Origin: a virus
Lineage: Duplodnaviria; Caudoviricetes
DNA: 64,000 bases
Strand: one strand, 5' to 3'
IMG/VR virus record: IMGVR_UViG_2814123113_000001
Coordinates: 1-64,000 of that record
The notes under the pieces are model-generated. The model was not told where the DNA came from. It searched no databases and worked only from the letters and a program-made list of their open reading frames with translations. Within the stretch, counting starts at the first letter, position 1; every line of letters starts with the position of its first letter. A program made the translations under genes and the position numbers. Shown in pieces: positions 18,151 to 28,426 of this stretch.

Positions 18151-18959
18151 CCATTCTTGTCTTGCCAGTCGGCCAGCGCCGCGCCGTACAAGCCGGCAGG
18201 ACCCGACGCCGTAATAGGACGCCCCCAGTCATCGACCATCATCGCGGGCATTTCGCGCCAGTCCCTGGAGGCCTGGGTATCGGTGGACAGGCGTTTCCGG
18301 AGGTTGCTTTCCACGCGCCCAGCAAAGCTGCGACGCATCTCGGGCACCTGCTTTGGCCAATCCAGGCGGTGCGTCAGATGCACATCCGGGACCAGCCAGA
18401 ACATCGGGATGTCGACCTGGTTCTTCTGGTTCAGCGGCGTGAAATAGTTTTCCGTCCCGGTCGCCCGACGCCGGGTGAGACGGGTGACGCCGCCGTCCGC
18501 TGTCGCTCGTCCCCGGGCGACCAGCATCAGGCCGCCGCCCTTCAAGGCGACTACCCGCATCGGCCCATAGCGGCGCTCGATCTCCTCGGTGCGCTTCTGA
18601 CCGCGCTTTATCCGCAGAGCGTCAGCAGGGCTTCCCTCTATAGGAATCGCGATGAAGGGCTTGCCCTTGATCGGCTCCGCTCGGGTGAAGGCGTCAATGA
18701 TGTGCGCCGCCTTGCTGTACAAAAAGACGGCAGGCGCGTAGCTGAGGCCCTTGGCGGGCTTGAAATCCATTCGCCAAGCATTGGCCAGGCCTTCGCCTAG
18801 CCCTGCTTGCTTGACCTCCGCACGCAGCCATTCGAGATCCGCGCGCCCTTCCTCATAGGCAGCATCGCGGATGCCGGTGAGGAGCTGGACCTTCGTCCGC
18901 GCCGCCCAGGCCTCTAGATCACCCTTGAGCGCCAGCTCAATGCGAAAATCACGGAACAA
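18138..18959 (-). CDS. DUF6441-like neck / tail-completion protein
   Basis: AGLG..LANAWR, YSKAAHIIDAF, IPMFWLVPDV; start uncertain (TTG). Confidence 0.65.
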   Translation of the reverse strand: MFRDFRIELALKGDLEAWAARTKVQLLTGIRDAAYEEGRADLEWLRAEVKQAGLGEGLANAWRMDFKPAKGLSYAPAVFLYSKAAHIIDAFTRAEPIKGKPFIAIPIEGSPADALRIKRGQKRTEEIERRYGPMRVVALKGGGLMLVARGRATADGGVTRLTRRRATGTENYFTPLNQKNQVDIPMFWLVPDVHLTHRLDWPKQVPEMRRSFAGRVESNLRKRLSTDTQASRDWREMPAMMVDDWGRPITASGPAGLYGAALADWQDKNGWGT

Positions 18960-19320
18960 CGTCTTCCCGATCGGGCATCGCCAGCGGCCCCCAGAGGAAC
19001 CGGCCACCCGGCTTCGGCTTCATGTCTTCGGACAACCGCTTGACGCAGAGCACGCCCAGCTCGTCGCGATAGCGCACCCACCAGGTCTTTCCCGGCCGAG
19101 CGAGCGCTGTCACCGGCTGATAGTCAGCGGCGTCGAGATGCACAGCGTCGGCGATGACGCCCGTGCGGCTGACAAACCCGTCTATCGTCTCCTCGACCCA
19201 GTCACGCCGCACCGCGCCGCGAACCGTGCGCCAGCCGCCCGAGGGCGGGCAGACTTCCAGATCGGACCAGAGGTGATCGCGAACGGCGTTCGCGACGCGG
19301 GCGGCGTGCTCAGGTCGCAT
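18949..19320 (-). CDS. Head-closure / head-tail joining protein
   Basis: Size and position after the capsid genes. Confidence 0.55.
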   Translation of the reverse strand: MRPEHAARVANAVRDHLWSDLEVCPPSGGWRTVRGAVRRDWVEETIDGFVSRTGVIADAVHLDAADYQPVTALARPGKTWWVRYRDELGVLCVKRLSEDMKPKPGGRFLWGPLAMPDREDVVP

Positions 19321-19880
19321 CAGAGATGCACGATCTCTTGCCGAGCGTTTTCAACCTCGGCGACCGTGGCTTGCCGGATCTTGCCCGCGGCAAGCCACTT
19401 GGCGGCCTTAGTCGCGCCGACCGTGATGATCCGCCCCCGCGCCAGATCCTCGATCTTCGAGGTCTGCAACACGTAGTGACCATCAGCGGGACGCGACGCC
19501 GTGCGACGGGGCGCGGGCGCGCCGGCCTCCGAAAGCTTGGCGTCCAGCTCGGTGATGACATCGCGCGCCGACGCCAGATCGCGGCCGCGCTCAGCGACGA
19601 GATCGCCAAGACGAACGACCTCCTGCTTCAGCTCGCCGATCGCAGTCGCGCCGGCCGATAGCGCTTCGTCGCGCTCCTTGGTCACAGTTTCAAGCTTGGA
19701 GGTCAGCTCGCCGATCTCGGCCTGCAGAGTCTCGACGTGAGCGTTGGCAGCGGCCAAAGCGACGCCTGGATCAGCCTGATCCGCCAACAGATCGGGCGCG
19801 TCGGACTTGCCGCCCGAGCCCTTGTCGGCCGCCATCAGGGCCATGGCGGACACCGCCGCCATCATGTGAAGCGAGCGCAT
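19320..19880 (-). CDS. Hypothetical coiled-coil protein (position of lambda gpFI)
   Basis: AAGGAGG RBS; heptad pattern; directly after the capsid gene. Confidence 0.65.
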   Translation of the reverse strand: MRSLHMMAAVSAMALMAADKGSGGKSDAPDLLADQADPGVALAAANAHVETLQAEIGELTSKLETVTKERDEALSAGATAIGELKQEVVRLGDLVAERGRDLASARDVITELDAKLSEAGAPAPRRTASRPADGHYVLQTSKIEDLARGRIITVGATKAAKWLAAGKIRQATVAEVENARQEIVHL

Positions 19881-19904
19881 GCTTCGCCTCCTTCAGAAAA
19901 GGTG

Positions 19905-19937
19905 AAAAGACCCGCCGCCCGGATTGCCGGGCGGCGG
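19905..19937 (-). terminator. Intrinsic terminator/attenuator after the major capsid gene
   Basis: CCGCCGCCCGG-CAAT-CCGGGCGGCGG followed by GTCTTTT on the minus strand. Confidence 0.75.
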
Positions 19938-19953
19938 CAGGCGGGAGGAAGCG

Positions 19954-20979
19954 TTAGCCGGGATCGGCGGCGGAGCTGGCCTTGAACAGCACCTCGGGAC
20001 GGGTGCAGATGTTCAGCGGGTTCGACTGCGCCTCGAGGTCGATCTGCTTCTCGCCGGTCTTATCCAGCGAGGCCATGGCGTAGCGCGGCAGGCCGATCCG
20101 GTTGACGGCGCTGAACCAAGGCGCCGGCGCGAACACCGTCTGGAACAGCTTGGGCACGCCCAGCGGAATGAAGCGGGCTTCATCCGGAGCGATCTCGACA
20201 TCGCCGTAGCCGGGATACTGCTCGAACACCGCGCCGCCATAGCGGAAGATGTCCAGAGCGTCGCTGCCGCGCAGATCGGCCGCTTCCTGCTGCGCCAGAT
20301 AGGTTTCGCGCATTTCGGGATGGTTCGAGGCGTCGCGGAAGAAATCCTCGCCGCACATGATGTGGACGCCTCGCACGGCGCTGTTCTTCAGAGCGCGCCG
20401 CATGTTGTTCTTCACGTCGCCGATCAGGCCGCGAATGCGACCGCCGTCGGCTTCAGCCCAGGCGGCGCCCAGATCGAAGTAGACCGTGTCCGGCTCGGCG
20501 ATGCCGAACTCGTCGAAGTAGTCGTAGATGACCGAACCATCGGCATCGAGCACCACGCCCTGGATGGCGCCGAGGCGGTGATATTCCAGGGTGTTGTCCA
20601 GCGACATCGCCATGTTCTGGTTCTTCTCGCCGCGAACCTGCTGCACGCCGACCAGGTCGCTTTCCGAACCGAAGGCGCGAACGTCCTGGACTTCATCGGC
20701 CAGGATCTCGTCAGTGACCGAGATGTGCGGGATGCGGAACTCGCGACCTTCGCGCTTGTTGGTCGACATCGGCGTACCGGGCGCACCGCGCGGGCTGGTC
20801 GGCACGATCTGGAGCGTCGAGCCCTTCTTCTCGATGAAGATCGACGTCGTTCGCACGCCGCGCTCTTCGAAGATGCCCAGCTCGGCGAAGCGCTGCGGAG
20901 GCGTTTCGCTTTCGTTGATGGCGGCAGTCAGGTCCATCATGGTGAACAGGCTGCTGCGGAACACGTTGACCAAGGACAT
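19954..20979 (-). CDS. Major capsid protein (lambda gpE family)
   Basis: LTAAIN, PTSPRGAP, TLEYHRLGAIQG, QSNPLNICTRPEVL motifs. Confidence 0.93.
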   Translation of the reverse strand: MSLVNVFRSSLFTMMDLTAAINESETPPQRFAELGIFEERGVRTTSIFIEKKGSTLQIVPTSPRGAPGTPMSTNKREGREFRIPHISVTDEILADEVQDVRAFGSESDLVGVQQVRGEKNQNMAMSLDNTLEYHRLGAIQGVVLDADGSVIYDYFDEFGIAEPDTVYFDLGAAWAEADGGRIRGLIGDVKNNMRRALKNSAVRGVHIMCGEDFFRDASNHPEMRETYLAQQEAADLRGSDALDIFRYGGAVFEQYPGYGDVEIAPDEARFIPLGVPKLFQTVFAPAPWFSAVNRIGLPRYAMASLDKTGEKQIDLEAQSNPLNICTRPEVLFKASSAADPG

Positions 20980-21051
20980 GGTCGAACCTTTCTGTGAAAT
21001 GTGGGTCTTGGCCGACGCGGTCCCGCGAGGCCGATGGATGGCAGGCCCGCC

Positions 21052-21714
21052 TTAGCGGGCCTTGACGCCCTGGGTTCGCAGGCTGGCCAGGGCGGCGTTC
21101 TTCTGGTTGGTGGTGTGACCGTTCCACGCCAGGAGGGCGGCCTTGACCTCGCAGTTGAGGTTGTGGACGACGGCTTTCTGGGTCACGCCGACGGCGGTCT
21201 TCACGGGCGCGAACAGGATCGCGGTAGCGACCTGGGTGCCATCGGTCGCCGCAGGATCATGAGGCTTGTACTGACCTTCGTTGACGTGCGCCGCGTCCGC
21301 GACCAGCATCGTCCAGGCGTCGCCGGCGACGTAGTCGGTCGCGCCATCCGGGAAGGTCCCGCTGAGGCCGCCGATATTGAAGGCCGCGCCGACGACGCCA
21401 TGCCCGATATCGACACCGCCGGGATCGGAGATCACGAACGACCCGGCGTTGGCGGCCGGTTCGATGATCCGCATCTTGTAGGCCCCGATCGGCGTGCCGA
21501 CCGCGACTGTGATGGTCGGCGCCGCGCCGTTGCCGGTATTGCCAGCCTCGGCCGTGAGCGTGGCGGTGAGAGCGCCGATCGTCACCTGCCCCAGAACCTG
21601 CCCAGCCAGCAGATCCTGGTTGGGCGCGATGACGATGGTGTCTCGGCTCAGCGCACCGGGCGCTTCCGAGATGATGTGTTCGCCGGCAGAGCGGCGTTCG
21701 GTCATGACGGACAT
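21052..21714 (-). CDS. Head decoration protein (gpD family, with insertion)
   Basis: SRDTIVIA..LLAGQVLG, DPAATDGTQVATAIL, ALASLRTQGVKAR. Confidence 0.85.
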   Translation of the reverse strand: MSVMTERRSAGEHIISEAPGALSRDTIVIAPNQDLLAGQVLGQVTIGALTATLTAEAGNTGNGAAPTITVAVGTPIGAYKMRIIEPAANAGSFVISDPGGVDIGHGVVGAAFNIGGLSGTFPDGATDYVAGDAWTMLVADAAHVNEGQYKPHDPAATDGTQVATAILFAPVKTAVGVTQKAVVHNLNCEVKAALLAWNGHTTNQKNAALASLRTQGVKAR

Positions 21715-21820
21715 GACGCGGTCTCCTCAAGAGGGGCCGGATAGCCGGCGATTTTTCGGGGGAGGATTGCGAGCGAACCCGGCTCGCAACGGGTCGGGAC
21801 GCCTAGCGCCCGCTCGGGCG

Positions 21821-22282
21821 CTAGGCGGCGCGCGAGGTCGACGCCTTACGGCGGCGATAGATGGCCTCAGGATCGAGGCGCTTGGTCAGAGCGGCGTCGA
21901 GCGTGCCGCCGCTCGGAGCCAGGTTCGGGTCGCGAACACGATCGGCGAGGCCGGTCTCCTTGCCCGCCGAAGCCAGCAGCTCCTTGGCGGCCGCAACCGT
22001 CATGCCCGGTTGGAAGGCCAGCTTCTTGGCCAGCTTCTCGCGACCACGCGCTTCAGGCAGGTCGAGCACAGCCTGGGCGACCTTGGCGTTGACCTTGGCG
22101 GCCGGCTCGTCTTCGCCGCCTTCAGCCTCGGCCTCATCCTCGACCTCGGTGTCATCGGCCTGGTCTTCGCCCTCGGGCGCAGCGTCTTCGCCATCTTCGG
22201 GCATTTCGGCCATGGCGGCCCGGATCTGATCATTGTTGAGGCCGGCCTTTTTCAAGCCAGCCAGGACTTCACTGCGCTTCAC
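21821..22282 (-). CDS. Internally initiated scaffolding protein (Nu3-like)
   Basis: AAGGAG-ACTGAC-GTG in-frame internal start at 22282. Confidence 0.65.
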   Translation of the reverse strand: MKRSEVLAGLKKAGLNNDQIRAAMAEMPEDGEDAAPEGEDQADDTEVEDEAEAEGGEDEPAAKVNAKVAQAVLDLPEARGREKLAKKLAFQPGMTVAAAKELLASAGKETGLADRVRDPNLAPSGGTLDAALTKRLDPEAIYRRRKASTSRAA

Positions 22283-23302
22283 GTCAGTCTCCTTCGCGGG
22301 GGATAGAGCCCCGGGCGCCTTGGCGGGCGGGGCAGGGGAAATCGGGGTCGCAAGCGAGGCCTTCAGGGCCTCAAACGCCTCGCGCTCGGTCATCACGGCG
22401 TCGATCAGCCCGACCTTGAGCGCCGAATAGGCCGGATCGTCGCTGTCGCCGTAGAAGCAGCCGGCCTGGGTGCCGATCACGACCTCTTCGGTCAGGTTTT
22501 CGCGGCCCTTGAGCACGTCGGCGACGAACCAGCGGCCGCACTGCTGCACATCCGCGTTCAAATCAGTCTTCGCCGTCTCCGAGAGCGGCTCGTCCCAAGC
22601 GCCATCGGTCTTTTTCAGGCCGAACTTGAACTTGGTGATGGTGAGACCGTCGGCAGAGAGACCCTTGCTCGCCTCACAGTGGCCAATGACCGCGCCGATC
22701 GATCCGACGCCGCTCTCGCGGGCGGCGACAACATGATCACCTTGGGCGACGATCCAGTACGCCGCCGAATAGGCCCGCTCGCAGAAAAACCAGATGGGCT
22801 TGCCGCCCGCCTTGGCGCGATTTTCTCGAAGAAACTTGGCGAGCTGCGGCAAACCAGCAGCGGCAATACCGCCATTGCAGCGGATGCGCCCAAAGACAGC
22901 CCGCACATTCGCGTCGGCGGCCATCTCCTCGAACGCCATCAGCAGGGTGTCATAGCCGTGATACCAGCAGTCGCCCCAGCCAAAGCCCTCTTCCATCAGC
23001 GGGCCATCGACTTCAATGACACCGACGCCATCCTTCAGCGCCCAGCCAAAGCCGATGTGCTCAGGCTCACCCATCCAGCGCGGCAGGGCGACCATCGGCT
23101 CGGTGACGCACGCGCCATCGTGCTCGGCGGAAGCCTCGGCGCGGAAAAGGCGGCGCGCGCCGCCGATGAACGCCGATAGAGCCGAACGCCGTTCGCCGGT
23201 CGCCACCACGCCCAGCATCTGGGCATAGGGCAGCACCGAGCTTTCGAGCATCAGCAATGGTCGGCCGGTCAGCTCGGCCGCCAGAAGAGCGGGATTGCGC
23301 AT
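21821..23302 (-). CDS. S49 prohead protease with C-terminal scaffold (gpC/Nu3-like)
   Basis: AYSAAYWI and GVGSIGAV motifs; acidic C-terminal scaffold region. Confidence 0.9.
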   Translation of the reverse strand: MRNPALLAAELTGRPLLMLESSVLPYAQMLGVVATGERRSALSAFIGGARRLFRAEASAEHDGACVTEPMVALPRWMGEPEHIGFGWALKDGVGVIEVDGPLMEEGFGWGDCWYHGYDTLLMAFEEMAADANVRAVFGRIRCNGGIAAAGLPQLAKFLRENRAKAGGKPIWFFCERAYSAAYWIVAQGDHVVAARESGVGSIGAVIGHCEASKGLSADGLTITKFKFGLKKTDGAWDEPLSETAKTDLNADVQQCGRWFVADVLKGRENLTEEVVIGTQAGCFYGDSDDPAYSALKVGLIDAVMTEREAFEALKASLATPISPAPPAKAPGALSPAKETDVKRSEVLAGLKKAGLNNDQIRAAMAEMPEDGEDAAPEGEDQADDTEVEDEAEAEGGEDEPAAKVNAKVAQAVLDLPEARGREKLAKKLAFQPGMTVAAAKELLASAGKETGLADRVRDPNLAPSGGTLDAALTKRLDPEAIYRRRKASTSRAA

Positions 23303-23313
23303 TTGAGGTGTCC

Positions 23314-24933
23314 CTAGGGGTTTGGCTTGTCGTCTTCAGACGTGCCCCGCATCGCCATCATGGCGGCCAGGGCGGGAGGGGTCAGACCAGCGTCGTGCCA
23401 CATCCCCTTTTGACGCTTCAGGCCCGCGAGGTTCAGGTCGAAGTCGATACCCTGCTCGGCCGCGACATCTTCCCAGTTGTTGAAGCCCGCCTCGACTTGC
23501 AGGATCGCACCGGCGGGCTCCTTGACCGGATCGACCCAGCCCCGTGCCGGACCCAGCCAACGGCCGCGCAGATAGGCGGCGGGACGCTCATAGAGGTCCT
23601 CCCAGGTCGCACCGTTGGGAAGTTCGATCTTGCCTTGGTCGATGCCATCCTCGGTGACGGCGAGCAGCCACGGCGTAGCCACCATCATCGCCACCATCGA
23701 GCGCTGGCGTTGGATGCCGCGCCAGACCTCGATCAGCGCCGCGCGCGCCGAGGAATAGTTCACCTTCGACCAGTCCATGGCGATCTGCTCGTAGGTGATG
23801 CCCAGCGACGAGGCGATCGACCGCAGGAAGACGGTCGTAAAGCTTTCGAACGCGACCGTTTCACGCGGCGTCGTGAGGAACTTCAGCTCGTCGCCCGGGA
23901 ACAGGTGCTGGATCCTCGCACCGGCAAGGCGCGGATCGGCGGTCTCGTAGAATTTTTGCCGCAGATCCTGGTAGCCGGCGGTCGCCGACGACATCAGGTG
24001 ATCTTGAGCGACGGCCGGATCGAAGCTTGAAACGATCGTCCCCGCGAACAGAGAGTTGATCGTGCTGTTGGCCAGCTCGTTGTCAGTGAGCCGCGACGCA
24101 CCCTTGAAGCGCGCCAGCCCAGCCACCAGACGGGAGACACCGCGCGACTGGCCAGGCCGACGCTTTTCGAACAGGTGAGTGACCTTGGGCCGACCGTACG
24201 GCTCGTTGCGCTCGACCCGCTCCCAAGTCATGGACTTAGATGTCGAGCCTAGAACATCACCAGGGTGGGCGTTGCGGAAGTGGTAGGCGATCGGGGCGTT
24301 GTAGCGGTCCTTCTCGACGCCACCGCGAATATGATCATCGTCAGCGACGCCATTGGGGTTGGATAGACGGTCGCTGTCCAGGACCTGGACGCAGGTTCGG
24401 AAACCCCAGCCCGGCCGCTCGCGCATGCGCAAAACAGAGACACCGTCGCCCGTGACCTCCGCCTCCATCACTTGAAGGTAGAGCAGCCATGATGCGGTCA
24501 GTGTGTCCTCAGCGTCGCACCGACACAGCGGATCTTCACCCCAGAGCCGGTAGTTGCTTTCGATCTGCGACCCGAGCGTTTGAGCCTGTTCTTCGGTGAT
24601 GCCCAAGGCTTGCGCATCAGGCCGGATAATCGGCCGCCAGCCCGCGCCGACCAGCATGTCAAGTTTGCGATCGACGCCGCCCTGAGCCCAGGGCTCGTTC
24701 TGCATCAGCTCGCGCGTGCGCGCGACCGCCAGGTCTCGTGACCAGAGCCAACTCGCGTCGGCCGATTGCTGCGACGGCAGCCATCCGCCGACATCCTGAC
24801 CACGCGTCTGGCCGGCCTTGTAGCCGACATTGAACGACAGGTCGGTGCCCTCGCGGTTAGCCATGGCGCGGACGGCGGCGCCGATCCCTTGCGGAAGCGG
24901 GGAGCCCGTCGGGCCGAGAAGTTGCCGATCCAT
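23314..24933 (-). CDS. Portal protein (lambda family)
   Basis: IRGGVEKD, RPGQSRGVS, DWSKVNYSSARAAL, GWVDPVKE. Confidence 0.95.
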   Translation of the reverse strand: MDRQLLGPTGSPLPQGIGAAVRAMANREGTDLSFNVGYKAGQTRGQDVGGWLPSQQSADASWLWSRDLAVARTRELMQNEPWAQGGVDRKLDMLVGAGWRPIIRPDAQALGITEEQAQTLGSQIESNYRLWGEDPLCRCDAEDTLTASWLLYLQVMEAEVTGDGVSVLRMRERPGWGFRTCVQVLDSDRLSNPNGVADDDHIRGGVEKDRYNAPIAYHFRNAHPGDVLGSTSKSMTWERVERNEPYGRPKVTHLFEKRRPGQSRGVSRLVAGLARFKGASRLTDNELANSTINSLFAGTIVSSFDPAVAQDHLMSSATAGYQDLRQKFYETADPRLAGARIQHLFPGDELKFLTTPRETVAFESFTTVFLRSIASSLGITYEQIAMDWSKVNYSSARAALIEVWRGIQRQRSMVAMMVATPWLLAVTEDGIDQGKIELPNGATWEDLYERPAAYLRGRWLGPARGWVDPVKEPAGAILQVEAGFNNWEDVAAEQGIDFDLNLAGLKRQKGMWHDAGLTPPALAAMMAMRGTSEDDKPNP

Positions 24934-24934
24934 A

Positions 24935-25183
24935 CTAGGCCCCGAACGTCGGCGTAATCGCGCCGCCGCTGACGACGCCGCCACCAAGGCGATTGACGAT
25001 CGAGCGCGCCTCGAAGATCGCCCGGGACAGTTCCTGCATCGAAACCGGATCGGCGTATTCGACGCCGCCGACCTCGTACTTCACCGACTTGACCTGGACG
25101 CCCTTGAAGCGGTCAAGCTCCGCAGCCTCCAGCGCGGCCAACCGGGCTGTCGCCAGTTCCAGATTTTCGAGCCAGTTGGCCAT
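24935..25183 (-). CDS. gpW-like head-tail joining protein
   Basis: 82 aa between terminase and portal; VKSVKYE..VEY. Confidence 0.75.
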   Translation of the reverse strand: MANWLENLELATARLAALEAAELDRFKGVQVKSVKYEVGGVEYADPVSMQELSRAIFEARSIVNRLGGGVVSGGAITPTFGA

Positions 25184-27399
25184 CAGGTTCCTCTCATGTC
25201 GCGTGCAAGCTTGAGCAGCGGGTGGACGTTGTCGACGGGATCGCCGGCAGGCGCCGAACGGCGTTCGGGAGCCGCGGCAGGCGTGTTCGTGGGTGGCAGG
25301 GCCGGAGCGGCTGACCACAGACCCTCGAGCGGTAGCTGCCCTTCACGCGACGGCTCTCGCCGCCGATCCGCGATCAGCCGCTTCCAGTCTTCCTCGGTCA
25401 TCACGTCGGGCAGGAACGACCAGGCGATCGCGTGGCAGTAGACGGCCATGTCCAACTGCTCGTTGCGGACACCCTTGACCGGTTCCCAGATCTCGTACTT
25501 CCGAGGCGGCTTTTTCGACGGGTCCGGCGGCAGCAGCACTTCGGCCGTCATCTGCTGGAAATCCAGCTCAGAGGCTGTGCCCTCTAGCGTCACTGATCCG
25601 GACAGATGCTCGCCAAGCTCGACACCGGCCAGGGTTTGGGCCAGGCCGAAGTAGATTTCCTTTTTGATATTGTGCGTGCCGACCAGATAGAGTTGGACCT
25701 CGCCGACAACGCGGCGTCCAACCTTGGCCTTTCGGCGGGTACCGGCCTCAATGGGGAAGACCTGCTTCTGTTCTTTCTCGGACGCGCCCTTCAGCGCCAT
25801 CACGTTCGGGCGGCCCATGCAGAACACGTAGGCTCGGTTCGTGTGGTGCCCGCCCGTATCGACGCCCACGCGGTCAAAACCGATCGGCCGACAAGCGTCG
25901 CCTTCATAGGTTCGCTTGGTGATGTCGGCTAGCTCTGACCAAGCTCTGGGATCAATCGGCGGGATCGGGATGATCCCGCTGTCGATCCGTGCGTAACGCC
26001 TTCCCTTGGCGCCCTCGGGCAGCGGACCCGAGGGACCAACTACCCAGACCGCCCATTCAATTCGGTCACCTTGAAGGTCGACGCCCAAGAAGACCGTCCA
26101 AGCCCAGGGCGGGATGCGCCCGCGCTCGACCATCGCGATGGCCGCCGCCTCGGCGCGCTTCTCGTAGAGGCGCGCGGTCGCGGGTCGATCGTAAGCCGCC
26201 TCGAACGGCAGCCCGAGCACCTGCTGCCAGAACGTGACCAGGGCCTCGGGATCATCGGACTTCATCGCCTCGTCGAACTCGACGAAGATCCGCGACCAGG
26301 TCGTGAACGGCGAATAGGCCTGCCAGATACCGTCGAAGGACGGGTCGCGCCCCTCGAGGAGGGCGCCCTGACAGTCCGGACCCCGGCGGCCTAGCCAGTA
26401 TTCCCACGCGCCGTGTTCGATGCAGGGCGGCGGCGGGATGTTCGGATGTTCAAGATCCGGTGTGCCGTCCGACCTCTGGTGCTGAAAGCAAGCCAGCCAA
26501 CCTCCGTTTCCGGCGTCGGCCTGGTCCAGCATCCAGCGCTTATGCTCGTGGCCGATAGACTGGCCGCAACTGTTCGATTGGCAGATGAAGAACGGTCGTC
26601 CGCCCTCGAACTGCATGTTCTCCCAAAGCAGGAGCTGCTTGGCGTTACAGTGCGGGCAGGGAACGTAGTACTTTTCGTGCGTACGCCGTTCGATCTCGAC
26701 CGTGACTGGGCAGTCGCCGACGAACTTGGGCGTGCCGCCACCCAACTCCTTGGCGTCATCGCCCCAGGCCAGTGTCCGGGTCCGGGCCTGACGGATCGGC
26801 GAACCCCGGCCGCCGACATCGCGAGGATAGGACGAGGGCTCTTCGAAGATCAGCAGGCCGATGTCGGACTGCTGAAGCTGGGCTTCGGAACCGGCGTTCG
26901 CGATCTTGAGGAAGCCGCCGCGAAACCGCTTGTGGTACTTGGTCGAGCTGTTCTCGGCCCCGGCCTTCACGGCCATGATCTTCAGACCGACCTTGGGCGA
27001 GGCCCGGATGTTCGGCGAGAAGACTTCCTTCTCGAAGTCCTTCTGCTTTTGATCGCTAGCGCAAACGACCATGGCCGAACGCGGCGCGGTGTCGATGCAG
27101 TGCATCGCCGAGTTTAGGAAGACCTGCGTCTTTCCGGTCTTTGCCGACCATCGCAGCCAGACCGATCCGCAAGGATGATCGACGCCGCTGACGTCCATCG
27201 GCCGCCGCATGTACGGCGCGACGCTGGTCTTCCACCGGCCGGTGATCCTCGCGCCAGACTCTGGCGAGATGTACCGATACTCGTCGGACCAGACCGAGAC
27301 GGTTTGTTCGACTGGCGGCGTCGCGTTGGCGGCGACCGCCGAGAACATCACCGCCCACCCGACCGCCAGGCCAGGGAACTGCGATCGAAGCGCGCTCAT
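25183..27399 (-). CDS. Terminase large subunit (gpA family)
   Basis: Walker A SAKTGKT, YYVPCPHC zinc motif, GVDLQGDRIE, VDTGG, RNEQLD. Confidence 0.95.
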   Translation of the reverse strand: MSALRSQFPGLAVGWAVMFSAVAANATPPVEQTVSVWSDEYRYISPESGARITGRWKTSVAPYMRRPMDVSGVDHPCGSVWLRWSAKTGKTQVFLNSAMHCIDTAPRSAMVVCASDQKQKDFEKEVFSPNIRASPKVGLKIMAVKAGAENSSTKYHKRFRGGFLKIANAGSEAQLQQSDIGLLIFEEPSSYPRDVGGRGSPIRQARTRTLAWGDDAKELGGGTPKFVGDCPVTVEIERRTHEKYYVPCPHCNAKQLLLWENMQFEGGRPFFICQSNSCGQSIGHEHKRWMLDQADAGNGGWLACFQHQRSDGTPDLEHPNIPPPPCIEHGAWEYWLGRRGPDCQGALLEGRDPSFDGIWQAYSPFTTWSRIFVEFDEAMKSDDPEALVTFWQQVLGLPFEAAYDRPATARLYEKRAEAAAIAMVERGRIPPWAWTVFLGVDLQGDRIEWAVWVVGPSGPLPEGAKGRRYARIDSGIIPIPPIDPRAWSELADITKRTYEGDACRPIGFDRVGVDTGGHHTNRAYVFCMGRPNVMALKGASEKEQKQVFPIEAGTRRKAKVGRRVVGEVQLYLVGTHNIKKEIYFGLAQTLAGVELGEHLSGSVTLEGTASELDFQQMTAEVLLPPDPSKKPPRKYEIWEPVKGVRNEQLDMAVYCHAIAWSFLPDVMTEEDWKRLIADRRREPSREGQLPLEGLWSAAPALPPTNTPAAAPERRSAPAGDPVDNVHPLLKLARDMRGT

Positions 27400-28076
27400 G
27401 CGACGGCAGCGTTCGCCTTGCCAGCGCGCAGCCGAACCGCGTGCGCGGCGAGCGTCATCAGCCTATCCAGGGCCTCGCCCGTGCTCTCGTTGCCAGCAGC
27501 CAGCGCCTTGCCGATCCGCGTCGCGAAGCGATCCTGACCAACACGGTCGTATCGCTTGAGGGCCGCTCGTAGGGTGCGAACCTTCTCAGACGGCAGGCCA
27601 AGCTCCGCCGCCAGACGTTCAGCGAAATCGGCGCGAACCTCGACAAACGCGGCGCGCATCTCGACGATCGCCTCTGCTGCACCGGCGTCGACCTCAGCCA
27701 CATCGGTCAGCTTACCTTCCTCGGCGGCCTCTTCGCGAAGCTCGCGACGCAACTGGACAGCCTTGAGCTGGCGATGCTCGTCCAGCTTGACGGGCTCGTC
27801 CCGCGCCGCCGACGTGGGATTGGGCGTCGGCGGCGCGGCCTCGGTGGCGGGAACGCTATGCAGCGCCTCACCGCTCATCACCGACCGGGTGTAGTTGTTC
27901 TTTCGGTGATCGCGCACGGCCTCAAAGTCGACCATGACCTCGCGGCCGACTTTCCCCAGCTTCAGGCTATGGGCGTCGCAATACCGCGAGAGGGCCGACC
28001 GCTCGATGACGTCGCCGGCAGCCGTCAGCAGCTCGGCGGCGCGAGCCACTGACACCCGCCCGATAGGACCGGACAT
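27396..28076 (-). CDS. Terminase small subunit (Nu1-like)
   Basis: N-terminal HTH, helical C-terminus; ATGA overlap with the large subunit. Confidence 0.75.
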   Translation of the reverse strand: MSGPIGRVSVARAAELLTAAGDVIERSALSRYCDAHSLKLGKVGREVMVDFEAVRDHRKNNYTRSVMSGEALHSVPATEAAPPTPNPTSAARDEPVKLDEHRQLKAVQLRRELREEAAEEGKLTDVAEVDAGAAEAIVEMRAAFVEVRADFAERLAAELGLPSEKVRTLRAALKRYDRVGQDRFATRIGKALAAGNESTGEALDRLMTLAAHAVRLRAGKANAAVA

Positions 28077-28268
28077 GTGTGCTCAACCGTGATGAAGGGA
28101 AACGTGCAATCCGTGCGCCTTTGCGCGCGGCTCACACAAGAAAGCGAGCGCGACTTTGAACGCGCCGTATCCCTCAGAGGCCCGGAAGGACCCGCGAAGG
28201 TAGGCCGAGGGCCTCGTCAGCGGACGATCCGCCGCGCGATCGGATCGCCGATGTTGCCTTTAGGCACG

Positions 28269-28303
28269 AAAAAGCCCGCACGATCGGACGACCGGCGGGC
28301 TTT
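28269..28303 (-). terminator. Intrinsic terminator upstream of the late operon
   Basis: AAAGCCCGC...GCGGGCTTTTT on the minus strand. Confidence 0.8.
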
Positions 28304-28329
28304 CAGTCAGGGGAATGGGTGGCCTATAC

Positions 28330-28426
28330 GGCTGCCGCACCCGGCCTCGCTAGAGCGTGGCCAAGGTGCAGAGCGATTGCCTTAGATGGCTGCCGCACCC
28401 GGCCTCACTTCAGTGTGGCCAAGGTG
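28330..28426 (-). repeat. Two 39-bp direct repeats (58-bp period), each a predicted hairpin
   Basis: 28330-28368 and 28388-28426 are identical except for an 8-nt core. Confidence 0.9.

Noticed and set aside
28077-28268. cos site
   Set aside because: Expected here for a gpA-type terminase, but no specific sequence could be identified without virion end data
28330-28426. Mini-CRISPR interpretation of the two direct repeats
   Set aside because: Only two units with a 19-bp linker, and one overlaps a coding end; a cis RNA element fits better
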